Positions 23,837 through 39,383 of a DNA stretch of 59,751 nt are shown piece by piece. A program made the translations under genes and the position numbers. Where the stretch lies: contig NW_021834872.1 of NCBI RefSeq assembly GCF_006345805.1, positions 1 to 59,751 on the forward strand, given 5' to 3'. Origin of the DNA: Octopus sinensis (taxonomy: Eukaryota). The notes beneath the pieces were generated by a model, which was not told where the DNA came from, did no database searches, and worked only from the letters and a program-made list of their open reading frames with translations. Numbering within the stretch: the stretch's first letter is position 1; every line of letters starts with the position of its first letter.

Positions 23837-24632
23837 TTATCTTTTTGTCGGATTTGGTTCACAATATTCCATATGAATTTATGAATAGTTTTTCCTATCT
23901 TTCTCTCTGAGGAGAAATCTTTTATCCCAAATAATATATATTTGCATATATTATAATATTTTATATTAAATAGGGATGTAGGTGAAGAAGTATCTTGGCA
24001 TCAAAGATGAAAGACCACAGTGGTAAAACATTCTAAACCACTGTATCTCCCAAGTAAGAATTAGTGTCTCCCGTAACCTTTGTTCGTCTTTCAATGAAAA
24101 AAAGTAAAACGCCTGTTTCGTAATTTATACAGTGGACATTTAAATCCTAATGCGAGCAGACCAGTCGGTGTTAGAAGCAGATTCAATGCATGATATGTAT
24201 GTGTGTATCATTATTGATGGGAATAGTTCATATATATATATATAAATATATATATATATGGAACTATTATTGAGGGACGGCAATGTAGAGTGAGCTGGAT
24301 GGAAATCTTTCTGTCTTAAGATGAGCTATTGGCGTGTATCCGTTTGAGACATCTAAATTCAGAATGATTAATAAGAGTTGATTATTTTACAAAGTTTTAT
24401 AATTATAGAACTTTATTAAAGTTCTTTCAGGTTGGAGAAGAAAACTGTCTGCAATAATTTGGTTAAAAAAAAAGTAACGAAAAACATTGACCTTTTTATC
24501 CCTATATTGTATTCAATGTTGATAAACCATATTTGAGATTTTTGATTAATATATACATGTGTACATATATAGATATATATATATACATATGCAGGCATTT
24601 CTATGCGCATGCATACATTCATATATATATGG

Positions 24633-24683
<51 letters not shown>

Positions 24684-24752
24684 CTATATTATATATATAT
24701 ATGTATATATATAATATATATATATATATATTATATATATATATAGTATATG

Positions 24753-24800
<48 letters not shown>

Positions 24801-25317
24801 ATATATGTATAATAATTGGTTTATTTAAATTATATAAATATATATTATATATATACATGTCTGCAAGTGCGGATATACATACACACATATATACATTTAT
24901 ATGTTTCTGCTTCCTTATATTATACCAATCTAGACCCCGACGAGGTAGGCGATTTGTTCGATATATTTTCTTATATCTAGAAATGTTTTCATTTCAATAG
25001 AAGCAGAACGAATCGATACGTAATCTGCAAAAATGTAAGCATCGATAATTAAATAGTTTGCCTAACCCCCAGCTTAAAAAATAAAGGTTAGCTATAGGGT
25101 GGCTTAACTGTGGCTTTATAAAGGAGTACCAGTAATATACTCTGTCGAGGCAATTTTGTCGTTCCGTTAAAATATTTTCCACTTTTAGAGCATGTATATA
25201 TATTTGTGTATATATATGTATACATGTATATATATGTATATACATATATACATATGCATACATATTCGTGTATATATACACACCACACAAACATATGTAT
25301 TCATGTACATATGTATT

Positions 25318-25377
<60 letters not shown>

Positions 25378-25905
25378 GATACGTGTTTATGTATATAACC
25401 ATATATTTCAATGTTGTACATATATACACAGTTATAAACACATATACATATATATATATATATACATTTTCATTATACATATATTTGTATATATATATTT
25501 GTATTCCTATATGTATATAAGACAAAATGGCGAATATTTGGTAACGACTAATTCCTATAATGTGATCAGCTTGTACTAATATGTAGCACTTCTGTTTGAT
25601 ATCAAACGCTAAGAAAACTCGGAAATATTGCTGGAAACTGACACAAATAAAACAAAATTTTCTTTCAATAATTTATGTACCGTGTGGGGACTGTTTTAAT
25701 AATGGGGCAATATTCGTAGAAGGCTGATGATTGCTGAACGTGTGTTTGTAAATAAGTCTATACGTAGACACACACACACACACACCAAACCACACACACA
25801 CATATATGTATATAGGTGTTCGAGCGTGTACATGTGCACTATATGTGTTCACATGTATTTGTGTCATGAAATGCAAGTGCATAATCGTGAGAGCTCGTGT
25901 GTTTG

Positions 25906-25942
<37 letters not shown>

Positions 25943-26018
25943 AACAAAATACACAAACATATATATATACATACTTATAAATACATATATATATTATATA
26001 TATACATACTACTTATAA

Positions 26019-26056
<38 letters not shown>

Positions 26057-26110
26057 ACATACATACTTATAAATACGCATATATATATATATACATATAT
26101 TTAACGTATA

Positions 26111-26154
<44 letters not shown>

Positions 26155-26578
26155 ATGTATACATACATGCATATGTATTATGACTTATCCTAAAGAGTAA
26201 TAAACTCCCGTATGCGTATAACGTAAGTTTATGCTCAATTTATTAATTGTTTATATTAAAAATAACTTTCAATAAGTTCGTTGTTTCTGTACGGATCTGA
26301 AATTGTGTGGGAAATTTGAGCTTCTCAGACTATTGAAATGGATGCACATACATATATATATATATATATGTATGTATGCATGTAGGTATGTATGTATGTA
26401 TGTGTGTATGTATGTATGTATGTAGTAATGCATCTATGTATGTGTGTGTAAGTATGTATGTATTTATGTATGTATGTATATATATGTATTGATATGTGTG
26501 CACCTATATAACACTTATACAACATATATAATATTATTATAACTGTGTGTGCATGTGCATGCGTGCATGTGCCTGTTT

Positions 26579-26625
<47 letters not shown>

Positions 26626-27039
26626 AGAGCTTATTTCCGAAACACGTCATTGTTTTACTTTTGTCTAATTTAACAATGATCTCACTACTCTGCTCAAAGC
26701 ATTAATTAGATCAACACTGGCACCACTACGCACACACAAACAGAAACTCACACACAGACACATACGCATACATATACACATACGCGGAAGCGTAACTACA
26801 TAGGCATGACATAAATATCGGTTCGTTGCATGATTGGAATGTAAACTTCTGTCATACATGTATTACAGTTTACCTTATTTCTATCTGACCTATGTACAGT
26901 CTAATGTAATTTTTACCATGTATTTGTATATTTCTTCTACGATACGAAACTCAAAATTTTACGTATATGCTAATATATGATCATGGTTATATATATGGTC
27001 ATATATATGACCATGTTTATATGTATTTTTCTGAGTTAA

Positions 27040-27074
<35 letters not shown>

Positions 27075-27077
27075 TAT

Positions 27078-27124
<47 letters not shown>

Positions 27125-27396
27125 CATCAAGGCAGGACAAACTTTCAATCCTCACCTATCAATTTATTTCTACTGAATCGCAGGTAGGCTCCGGATCGCC
27201 GGTTTCACCTTACTGGACATCAGCTATCACAACTCTCTGTTGGAAACTTGGAGCCTAGTAGCTTATCAAATAGACCACTCAGACCGCATTGCTATGAGCT
27301 TAGGTTACCAGTGATCTAAACTCCTCTCTCTCTCTCTCTTTCTCTCTCTTTATATATATATATATATATATGTTATACATATATATATATACATAC

Positions 27397-27428
<32 letters not shown>

Positions 27429-27472
27429 GCATTATATATATATATGCATATGCATATATATGTATGTATATG

Positions 27473-27510
<38 letters not shown>

Positions 27511-28259
27511 TATATATATATATATATGCATATATAAATATATATATTTATATATATATATATATATGATATATATTTTTATCTATATCCTAATACCAAA
27601 AACTTGTTTTATAACCATGTTAGTAGTGGTTGTACACTAATAGTATTAGTAGTAGTAGTTTTAGTAATAATAAAAATAATATTTGTCCTTGTAGCCATCC
27701 AAAGTGACATCATTACAGAATATATAAATGTACATACTATATACATACATAAACATATATATGTATATACATACCAAACACACACCGCACACGCACTCAC
27801 ACACACACACACACACCACACACACACATATATATATATATATATAATATATATATATATAATATATATCTATATAAATAATATATATATATATATATAA
27901 TGTAATCATTATATATTACGAAAATGAATCAAACCAAGTAGTTTACAGTTTGAATGCATTCCATACGTCCGTTACAGAGAGTTGCGCAATATGCATAAAA
28001 TAAATTTCTTCTATCACGTAAATTCTTCCTTATCAAATCGTCACTCACACAGTTTAACTATGATTTGGAATGGTTTGTAGTATCCGAATTCCGTCAGAAA
28101 TTCTGGTAACGTGCTTTCTTTCTAAGCATAACTCGAATTATACTTTTGCATATATCTAGTAGGAATTCCTAGTTAGTAAAACTAGCAAGCATAACTTATT
28201 GATTTTGAACATAATGATACTGGTGATGATGGTAACTATATTTCAGATATTGTCAAATG

Positions 28260-28445
28260 CTTGTCAGTATGTGTCAGTAGGTCAATGATATTGACCCCTT
28301 TCTTGGCTGATACTTTAGGGCACCGACCACGTTGTGATGAATGTCAAAGATGTCCGCGATGCATTTTGAACGTAGTGCGTTAACAGCAGAAAGAAATACC
28401 GCAAGGATTTTTGTGGAACGCTCTACCAATTCTGTCTATCAACTA
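28260..28445 (-). mobile_element. Diverged SINE family C copy
   Basis: Reverse complement GCAGAATTGGTAGAGCG...GCGGTATTTC...ACGTTCAAAATG...GGGGTCAATATCATTGAC. Confidence 0.5.
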
Positions 28446-28793
28446 GTGTAATAATAACAATAATAAGAATAAAATAACAATTTTATTAATATCATCAATT
28501 CAAATAATATTAATATAATATTAATAATATTGCTTTTTGTTTTTGTTCTTTTCAATAATAGCATTGGTGATTATCAGATTTGCCATTGCGCTGTACGCAG
28601 AGAAAATTGTCTTCCGATATTTCTTCCCGCTTTTTATATTCTGCGTTCAAATTCCACCTAGTTCATCTTCCTTACATCTAGGATCTATAAAATTAAATAC
28701 TTATATTGTGTTTATGCTATCTACTCACACTTTACTCTCAAGTTTGATGACTTTGTGATAATAATACAAATGATTATAGTAATAATAGTATCA

Positions 28794-28834
<41 letters not shown>

Positions 28835-28867
28835 CATCATCATCATCATCATCAATCATCATCATCA

Positions 28868-28913
<46 letters not shown>

Positions 28914-29299
28914 CTTATATTGTCATGATATTTCTTTAACAATGAATGAACCGCTTATAACGTATTTTAACGAAAAAATGGTAAAATATTTAAAAGAAAA
29001 ATTAGACGATAATAAATCATTTCAGTATCCTTGTTACATTTTAAATCCTTACAACCAAGCATCATTTTGATCCGTTAATTAAATTCTAATTATAACCAAT
29101 TAATTAATGTATTTCTATTGTTTAGTCTCACGGGTTTTTTTTTATGCTAAGTAAACCCCCACCTCATTGTTTTTATTAGTATTTTTCATGTTCGTTTGCC
29201 TAGTTGTGCACAATATCGTCTGTCTTTGAGGTCAACAAAAGAAATCGTTATAAAGTATTGTCATTGAAGGTGGTGGTGTTGGTGCTGGTGGTCGTAGTG

Positions 29300-30202
29300 T
29301 TGTTGGTGATGATGATTTTTTTGTTTTTGTATATGAGCCCATGTCAGCCCTGGACAAAAGCATTCTAAACATGACCATACGGACTTCCTAGGTGTATAAC
29401 TGGTAACAGTTTTTGAAGTTGTACTCTGTTTTTCTATGTCTTGGGTTTCTCTTTATTCATTGTTATTATAATTTCCACCCCCTTTTTTTCGCTTTCTATA
29501 AGACAAGTTCGATACTTTTTGACGGGAATTTTACTGCCATTTCTAGCAAGTCGATTGACCATAGAAAATCTCCCATATCGATATTGCTGTTGTTGCTGTG
29601 AATGCTGCGTGATATTTTGGGATTTATTTCCAAGAGTCATGTCAGTATAGAAGGCTCGAAAGATATACCAAGGCAGCCCTTTTTCCTCTCGTCTTTAAAT
29701 GTTATTTTTACAAAATATTTCCCCCTTATTTTGTATTGTTGTAATTCTTATAATGTCTTGTTTTATATTCTTGTTCTTTTTTGTAGATTTATGTCAGTAA
29801 ATTGTTTCCATAGTATTGTTTTTGTAACGATTTTTTGTTGTCTTTTTTAGTCTTTTGTTGATTTTATTGTTTGATTTCGTTTATTCGTTCAATATATTTT
29901 GTATTTATTGTATAGTTTAAAATATTCCTTTAATCATATTGTTTGGAAAAATTTGTTGAGGTTTTGTTTTGCCTGTTGAATTGTGTGTTTGTAGTCGTGT
30001 GCGGAGTTTTTAGAAGGATTTGTGGGGAAGGGGGTGTTGCTAATTCTTTTTTGTTCCTTTCATTCATCAAAGTTTAAAAAAAATTAAATAAAAAAAATTA
30101 ATTCTTCGTTTGTTTTTTGTTTTTATTTGTCATCAGCTTCTCAAAAATTAGATTTGTCAATATAATGGATTTTAGTTTTCAAAGCGTTCGCCCGGAAGTG
30201 CT
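29300..30202 (-). other. Probable Lox5 3' UTR (3' end not defined)
   Basis: Unique, repeat-poor, A-rich (minus-strand) sequence directly after the stop codon, with several AATAAA hexamers (TTTATT on +, e.g. near 29454, 29864, 29880). The polyA site cannot be chosen without transcript data. Confidence 0.5.
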
Positions 30203-30544
<342 letters not shown>

Positions 30545-30552
30545 TTATGTAG

Positions 30553-30583
30553 TTACAATAACAACAACAATGACGACGACGAC

Positions 30584-30641
<58 letters not shown>
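30553..30641 (+). repeat. (CAA)/(GAC)/(AAT)n microsatellite about 30 bp from the Lox5 splice acceptor
   Basis: Direct inspection. Confidence 0.95.
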
Positions 30642-30644
<3 letters not shown>

Positions 30645-31400
30645 GTTTCTAATTTTGGCACAAGGCTAGCAATTTGGGAGGAAGGAGGAAGTCGATTCAA
30701 TCAACCCCAGTAATCAACCGTTACTTTATGGACCCTGAAACGATGAAAGGATGAAAGGCGAAGTAGTCCAAGGCGGAATTTGAACTCAGTACAACAATAA
30801 TATTTTTTTTTAATGTTTCAAACTTTTACACAAGATCTGCAATTTTAGGGAAAATTTGGGTAAGTCAAATACTTGACTGGTACTTTATTTTACCGAACTT
30901 GGAAAAGGGATAGTAGAATTGATTTTATCTGTATAGGAAAACAACGAAACAAAAATGCCGGAATAGCTTGTCCCACGTGCTAACGGTTCTGTATATTAGC
31001 CGTTTTCATAAGTTTTTTTTTCTGAATTAAGTATAAAGCCAAAAGTTTTCCAGAGGAAGGTATTGGTTGTTACAATTGACCCTAGTGCTGATAAGTACTT
31101 TATTTTATTGACCTTCAAAGGGTAAAAATACGGCAGGGTTTGAACTCACTGACCTGGATCAAGTACCATAAAGCAATTCTCACGCTCTTACGAATCTGCT
31201 TGCTGGCTTTCATTTCGTTTCTGTTTACGTACAAGGATTCAAATTAGTCAATGATATAGAACTCCACTTGTCGACTGCTACTGTAATATTTAAATCCCAG
31301 ATGGTTGTAAGTCAAGGATGTCCTCGATGGTATTCGAACTTAGAACGTAAAAAGCCATAATATAATGCTCTAGCGATTCACTTAATCCGTCGCTTTAACG
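30645..31400 (-). mobile_element. Tandem cluster of 3-4 diverged SINE family C fragments in the Lox5 intron
   Basis: GGCGGAATTTGAACTCAG (30772), GGCAGGGTTTGAACTCAC (31132), GGTATTCGAACTTAG (31330), and repeated TTTGGCACAAG/TTTTACACAAG ends. Confidence 0.65.
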
Positions 31401-32277
31401 ATAAGTAAAAGTTTTCGAATTAGCCACGGGGTCGCAAAGATGGGGAAGGCGTTAGAGTGCTGATACCACTAGTTTTTGGCAGAAGTCGGCTTGTGACCAA
31501 TGCTTATGTAGATTTAATAGGCAAGCGCCTTCCCTACGGGAAGAATAAAAAGGGAAATGTTGCTAAGCCAGGATAATCGTTCAAAACATATAATTAAATA
31601 CCACAAGGCATTTTGCTGCCACTCTACGCTTCTTCCACGAAAATTTCCTTCTATTAATTAATTCCACACGCCGCTGACAGCACAGCTTACATTCTCAGTT
31701 GTTAGTTATATATCTGTAGGAATATAACTCATCCCCCATGTTTTCGCACAATCACTTCCCAATATAATAACGCAACACATACTCTTGCGTAATCCATAAT
31801 CGATACTATAACACATTCCAAACTTCACCGCCAACTCATGCATATTTTTTTCCATTCAATTACTTCGCAATAATAAAACACCGACGCCAACCTACACAAC
31901 ACATATTCTGCACAATCAACACCCGTCACTATTGCACATAAAGTAACTCACACAACGCTTACGAAACACAATCACTACCCCCTCCCCCCATACGAAATAA
32001 TACAATTCATATTTCACATATTGCACACAATAAACAAATGAAACACTAAAATAACACTACAAATTAGGAAACAAGTACACAACAATGTAAAACTTATGTA
32101 GCATACAAACGCATTTGTACAATCCCCAAACGACAAAGCTGTCCAAGTTTCAGAAATACAAAAGTGCATCTGGTGATGCAGCAGAAACTTGCATGAAATT
32201 GTTGAAAGAAGTATGATGATAATAATCGTGATCACGATAATGATGATGACGATGATGACGACGACGACGACGACGAC

Positions 32278-32313
<36 letters not shown>

Positions 32314-32329
32314 TGGCAGTGGTGGTGCT

Positions 32330-32990
32330 GATTTCAGTTTTAGGTACAAGGGTATGGATGTTGCGGCGGGTATAAATGAGTAAATTACATCGACTTCAGT
32401 AATTGACGGTGACTTTATTTATCGACCCGAAAATGAAGACAAGCAGAGTTGTCTTCGCCTGTATGATTTCAAGTCCTTACGCAAAGAACCGAAAGACATA
32501 TCGCTAAGCATTTTGTTCGATGCTCTAACGATTCTGCCGACCCACGGTCTTGATGTCTGATTTAAGAATAAAGCCAGGGATTTAGAGGAGTGCGTGGTAT
32601 TAGACGATACCATCGATCCACATCCTCGACAAGTACTTTACTTTATCGATATTGAAAGTATGTAAAGGGAAGATGACGCTGGGTGCATTGAAACTAAGAA
32701 TGGAGAAGCACAAGGTGAGGAATTTTATCAGAGGTGGTTTGGCCGATGCAATGGATTCTAGTATTTGACTGGGAGGATGAAAGCTGATGTTGTTCAAGGA
32801 AGAATTTGAAATCAGACCGTAGAGAATACGTAAAATTCCGCAAGATATTTTGTCTAATGCTCTATTTTATCAACAATAATGTTAATTCATTCTACTACAG
32901 GGACAAGGCCTGAAATTTTGTTCGGAAGAGGTTAATGGATTACACAGACACGCACTGTTCAACTGGTGTCTATTTTATCGGCACCATAAT
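32330..32990 (-). mobile_element. Diverged SINE family C fragments (32330-32530 and 32895-32990)
   Basis: TTTATTTATCGACCCGAAA...AGAGTTGTCTTCG...GATGCTCTAACGATTCTGCC; ACAAGGCCTGAAATTTTG...TTTTATCG. Confidence 0.55.
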
Positions 32991-33000
32991 AATGAAACGT

Positions 33001-33307
33001 GGAGGTGCAATGGCCCAGTGGATAGGGCAGCGGACTCGCGGTCGGAGGATCGCAGTTTCGATTCCCAGATCGGGCGTTGTGTGTTTATTGAGCGAAAACA
33101 TATAAAACTCCACGAGGTTCCGGTAGTGTGGGTGGGGGATGACCTCCGTTGTTCTCTTTCGCCACAACTTTCTCTCACGCTCTCTTCCTGTTTCTTGAGT
33201 AACGCTGTGATGGACTGGCGTCCCGTCCAGCCGGGGGAGGGGGTTACACATGCGCCTCAGACACCGGGAAGCCGGACCCATGAGCCTGGCTAGGCTTGAA
33301 AAGGGCG
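33001..33307 (+). mobile_element. tRNA-derived SINE family B (head 1 + tail 1)
   Basis: A box TGGCCCAGTGG, B box GTTTCGATTCC, tail GAGTAACGCTGTGATGGACTGGCGTCCCGTCCAG...CCCATGAGCCTGGCTAGGCTTGAAAAGGGC. Confidence 0.85.
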
Positions 33308-34573
33308 AGGAAAAAGGAATAATAAGGAAACGTATATGCGACCCCGGCGAACTTAAACACGGAAAAAACACTGCCAAGTATTTTGTCCCGTTCGGAAACG
33401 ATTCTGCCAAACAAGTCATTTTTTTTACCACTAATACTAAAGAAAATAGCAATTTTCTATCTTTAAAAAAACCCCCGGATAATTCTAATATTTGCAACAT
33501 GCGATAGATATGCATAGTAGGGTTAAATGTTATTTTCAATTGAAACCTTCCACAAACAATATCGGTTACATATTACAAAGAATCAGCGATACGCATTTGT
33601 ATATACACAGAAGGGAACAGAAAAAAAAGCGTAAAACGTGCGGGGCTTTACTAGATGCAACAATCTATGCTTTTTTTCCTAATGAAATTATCATTATGTA
33701 TGTTAGGAATAACATTATTTAAAAAAATCTTATTCATAGGCAAACATAAGTATATAACATTATCAATACATGTGTGAGTGTGCGTGTGTGTCTGTATCAA
33801 AATCCCACCATAATGTAATTACAAGCTAACGCATAATCCGATAAATCGTGTAACCTACGAAGAGGTAGATTTTTTTAGCATAGAATGCGGCATATGTAGC
33901 CTGACTCAGTTGACGGGTTTTCTGATTTAAGGCAAAAAATCCGTCAGTGGCCAACGACTTATATCAATTGGGAACAGAATCTTCTCGAATTAAAACTTGC
34001 CGAAAAAGAAAATCGCTTCATTCACTGATCTAGGCGGGTTTATAAAGTGCTTCAATGGTTGATAATAAAGGTGTTTCGGTCATGAACAACGGGTTTCTTT
34101 GAACCGGCTGATGAAGCAGTATCTGATTGATGAGCAATTTGTTAAGAGGTTCCCAGTAAATTCGGGAGCATAGCAGCCCACCGAAAGCAGCAGACATACA
34201 TCCCACTGTTGCAATAACATTTACCATGAAACCAAGATGCAAAAGACTTTGTTTATGTATATCTGACTTTCACACATACACACACTGAGAGTATTCGGTA
34301 TAGGCTTCGAAAAGGAGTCAAACTTCAAAGAAATCTGAAGTAGGCGGTTCAGTGTTCGACACGACACTCTTCCCGCAACTCCTGCATCCAAGCTGGTGCC
34401 AAACTTAATGCTCTGCATCTCTTTGGACTACGTCAGCAAGGTCGAGAGAAGAATCCTGACGATTGGGCTACCCAGGATATTTTAACATCTAGCCCAGGCC
34501 TGCGCAAAAGTGGAGATTATTTTATGCGCAACTCCATTGTCTTCCGAGACAAAATGATGCCTGTGTGCGTGCG

Positions 34574-34624
<51 letters not shown>

Positions 34625-35107
34625 TCAAAATGCAGTTTCACTGTGATTTTCAATTTTACTTGACGACGGATTATTCAATCGAATTGATTGAATATTCCAT
34701 CAGGCGCAACTTAAATACCCAGCCAAAATGAATTACATATTTGTATCATTCTGCGTATGTTTTTCATTGCGTGTATGCCTCTATGAGAACTTATTAGTTT
34801 GCACAAATGTGACACTTTTTGTGCATGAACGTGTGTAAATATATTCATTTGGTAATACGGTGTTAGTAAACTATTGGAAATATTTTGTGATTCTGTATTC
34901 AGCTATGCATTCAAATGGGTGATTTTTCTATTTGATTTTTTAAACCAATACACAGAGTAACAAACAACACACACAGGGACACACACACACACAAACACAC
35001 ACAGAGAATATTATAAACACCTTCAAGCACACACGTGCAAACATACGATGACGTACAAAATATGTATATATATATATATAAATATTATATATATGTATGT
35101 ATATATG

Positions 35108-35191
<84 letters not shown>

Positions 35192-37021
35192 AATAATATA
35201 TTATATATATACATATATATGCATGTATATGTGGAGGGTGTGTCAATACGTATATGCATGCATATATGTGTGTGTGTGTGTGTGTGTGAATGTGCGTGTG
35301 GAATGTGTATGTGTATATACATTTTTACATGTAAATCCGTTTAGTTTTGACTGTCAGAAGAAGGGACACCCGACACCATAGTAGAGACTAATACTAATTT
35401 ATGTTTTCGTCGATTCATACTTTGCTACCCTGAGTTTCGCATGCGAGTGAACAAGGTCTTGACGATGTACACACACACACACAAACCAATACTCACACTA
35501 ACACGCAAAGAAGCACTTTCAGACATGCAGATAGGGAACAAACAGATGTAAAACAAAGCCGTGTAAAGTAAGCCACGCACATTGAATCGACGTGAGGGCA
35601 CCATTGTAACCCCATAGTGGTGGCTATGATTTTATGCAATTATGGATTAAGCAAACACGGAAAGAATGGGCTTCAAATAAACTGTGATATGGCAATGAGG
35701 AGTATCTAATACAATTTAGTTCACGGTATATTAAGACCTTTCGTGGGTGATTCATCTTGTCAGCCACTGTTGGAGTAAAGACTCGTATTTGCTAAGCTAT
35801 ACAGTATTCATTAGTTATTTTCATTTAAGTTAGCCGCAAATGAATCCGTAACGGACGGATGAAAGCGAGAAATAATAAATATTCCATAAATGTAATGAAT
35901 ACCATTTTCAGAGAGATCTACTGAGGGTCGAGAGGTAGTCATTTCTGGTGGATTATATACAACAAAATACGTCTATAGATGTAAGAATTAATGAAGATAG
36001 AACAATATATGTTTACTTCTTTACAGGGCTCAACAATTTAGAATATAAACTCGCTAGATATAATGTCTCATACATACCGTAAAATGTTATTCTAGAAATA
36101 AAACAATTACATCATCGAAATCTCGAAGCTACTACCTAATGCAGGGGTTCTAAACCGGAGGTTCCCGATTCAAAAGAAGAGGTTATATTAATATTGTAGT
36201 GATAGATTTAAAATGCGAATACCACTTCAATAACAGATGCTCTTCACAACTAGACTAGTCACCATCGAGATGAACTATGGAGGATTTAAACCTCCAACAT
36301 TGTTCGAGAAACGGACCGCAAGAGATGAGATATAGTTCATTACCATAGAAGTCACATTACTAAAGGGTTTTGTAATTTTTCTTTAAGTGTGTAATTCAGG
36401 AAGTCCGTAAGGCCACAGAATGTTCGTGACTGATCTAAATGGAAAGAAATTTGCATACTGGCGACTAAACGACTCTGTGAGTTTGTGACTGCGTATATTA
36501 GTTTATGAGTGCATGTGTATATGTCTGTGCATGTAAGAGTGTGTGTGCATGTGGTGTCTGTGAGTGCATGTGGTGTTTGTGAGTGCATGTGTGAGTTGAG
36601 TCTACATACATACGTATATACAGTCACATAGATATATAAACATGCACGTATATACATATAAGTATATTAAAGAGAGGGAGAGAATGCGGGGAGGGAGGAA
36701 TTGTGGCAGGCAGAGAGAAATGCATATGTGAAACAGGTTATTATTTTAAAGCTAATACGAGAATTACCCTAGGTCATGCGGTTAAGCTGGGGCTGGGGCT
36801 ATACGGAGCGTAGAATAACACGTCAGACGAACCTGAGTGTCCCAGACAGCACATATGCAAAATATACGCACACACGTACGCATATTCAGGAATACATATA
36901 TTTCTATATCCATCAACACTCTTTCTCTGTGTATATGTGTGTGTTGTGTGTGTGTGTGTGTGTGTGAGTGAGAGACAGAGAGTGTGTATGTATGTACGTA
37001 TGTTTATGTATGTATGTTTAC

Positions 37022-37054
<33 letters not shown>

Positions 37055-37462
37055 TAGGCGCAGGAGTGGCTGTGTGGTAAGTAGCTTGTTTACCAACCTC
37101 ATGGTTCCGGGTTCAGTCCCACTGCGTAGCACCATGGGCAAGTGTCTTCTACTATAGCCTCGAGCCGACCAATTCCTTGTGAGTGGATTTGGTAGACGGA
37201 AACTGAAAGAAGCCCGTCATATATGTTTATATATATATATGTAAGTGTGTTTGTGTGTCTATGTTTGTCCCCCTAGCATTGCTTGACAACCGATGCTGGT
37301 GTGTTTATGTCCCCGTCACTTAGCGGTTCGGCAAAACAGACCGATAGAATAAGTACTGGGCTTACAAAGAATAAGTGCCGGGGTCGACATGCTCGATTAA
37401 AGGCGGTGCTCCAGCATGCCTACAGTCAAATGACGGAAACAAGTAAAAGAGAGTGAAAAGAG
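37055..37462 (+). mobile_element. SINE family A, full length
   Basis: Colinear with the 9631 copy from ATAGGCGCAGGAGTGGC to GAAACAAGTAAAAGAGAG. Confidence 0.9.
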
Positions 37463-37463
37463 A

Positions 37464-37530
<67 letters not shown>

Positions 37531-38300
37531 CACATGTCTATCGCTATGGAGATACAAACATACATGAATATGAAAGTGTGTGTGAAAATATATTCATATT
37601 TCTAAATGCATATGTGAGCGAATATTATTTTTTAAAGACGTATACCTTTATACAAATGCACATACCTCATACATCACACCTGTTCTATCTATCTATATTA
37701 CACACTACACTCTGATTCCTAATTCCATGTATTGTAAATATTCTCTCTCTCTGTGTCTCCCCCTCTCTTTCAATATAGTGTCACATACCTGTTCGTATGG
37801 GAACACCGTATATTGGCCTCGTTTCATACAAAGCAGGCATGAATAAGCTATATATTTAAGTATGTATTTTATGTGTCTTTGGACAAATACAAATATAACA
37901 TTTTACCGTTCACCAGAGACTAATAGACAATATGTAAACATTGCAATCAATCAGAGTGAGAGAAAACGACAAATACATTTATATAGTATTTTGTGTTTGC
38001 CAGTGAGAAAATATAAAGATGTATATATAACACACATGCATAAATAAACAACTATATTACTGATATATTCACACGCTCTCGTACGCCATAGAGAGAAAGA
38101 ACTATACGTACAGAGAAAGAGGGTTTTGATATAAAACCTATGTAACGAATGTATCATGTTTGTGTGTGCATGTGGGCATTATTTATCTAACCATACATTA
38201 TGATATATACGTATACGTAAAGTAATACAAAGATACAAGGAAACACGTGTGCGTATGAAAATATGCCAGCCACACACACACACACACATGTGGATAGATA

Positions 38301-38372
<72 letters not shown>

Positions 38373-38667
38373 ATATATATATACATTCATATGTGTGTGT
38401 CTGCGTATATCTGTGTATCTGTGTCTGTGCGTTTGTGAAACTGTATGCATGTGTATACATGCGAATATCTGTAGAGGTATATTTATTTATGTTCATATAT
38501 AAGCATACAGCTATTTTTAAAATGTACATATACATCTACAATCAATATATATATATATATGCGTCTAAGTATATATATCATATATACATATATATATCAT
38601 ATATATATATATCACATTATATATATATATGTGTGTGGTTTGTATATATATATATAATATATATAGT

Positions 38668-38728
<61 letters not shown>

Positions 38729-39334
38729 GTATATATATCTGTAAGTACGTATTATGAAGGGTATGCATATATGTGTATGCACACTTACACATGTATGTAT
38801 GCACATACCTACATGCATACATATATCATAAAATTCAATGCGTTTATATATTCCTTAGGTTAGGGAATTGAAGCGTATCAATACAGCTATATAAATCTAT
38901 ACGATTGCAAATGAATGAGACAAAGAGAGAGCGAGAGAGAGAGGGAGAGAGTGAGAGAGAGAGAGAGAGAGAAAGAAATGGAGAGAAGGAGAAAGAAAAA
39001 GAAAGAGAAAGATCGTTTGTCTGTGCGAATGCATATTTATTCATATTAATATATATTCTCCTCTTTATATTAATATACAGGTATAAATGTAATTAATTCA
39101 CAGCGGTTAAAGCATAGGTATTTGTGTATACATATATGCATACAAACATACACACACACATAGATATATGTATGTATGTACACATGTATATATATGTGTG
39201 TATGTGCGTATAAATAAATAAATTTATATATATAAGGACATATATATATATATATGTGTGTGTGTGGGTACATATATATATACATACCCAAATAGTTTTA
39301 TAGAAAAATAGATAGATATATTTGCACAAACACA

Positions 39335-39383
<49 letters not shown>

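Noticed and set aside
33003-33075. tRNA genes at SINE heads (also 870-942, 4230-4300, 10187-10255, 15165-15236)
   Set aside because: A and B boxes are present but there is no full cloverleaf, and each continues into a shared SINE body.
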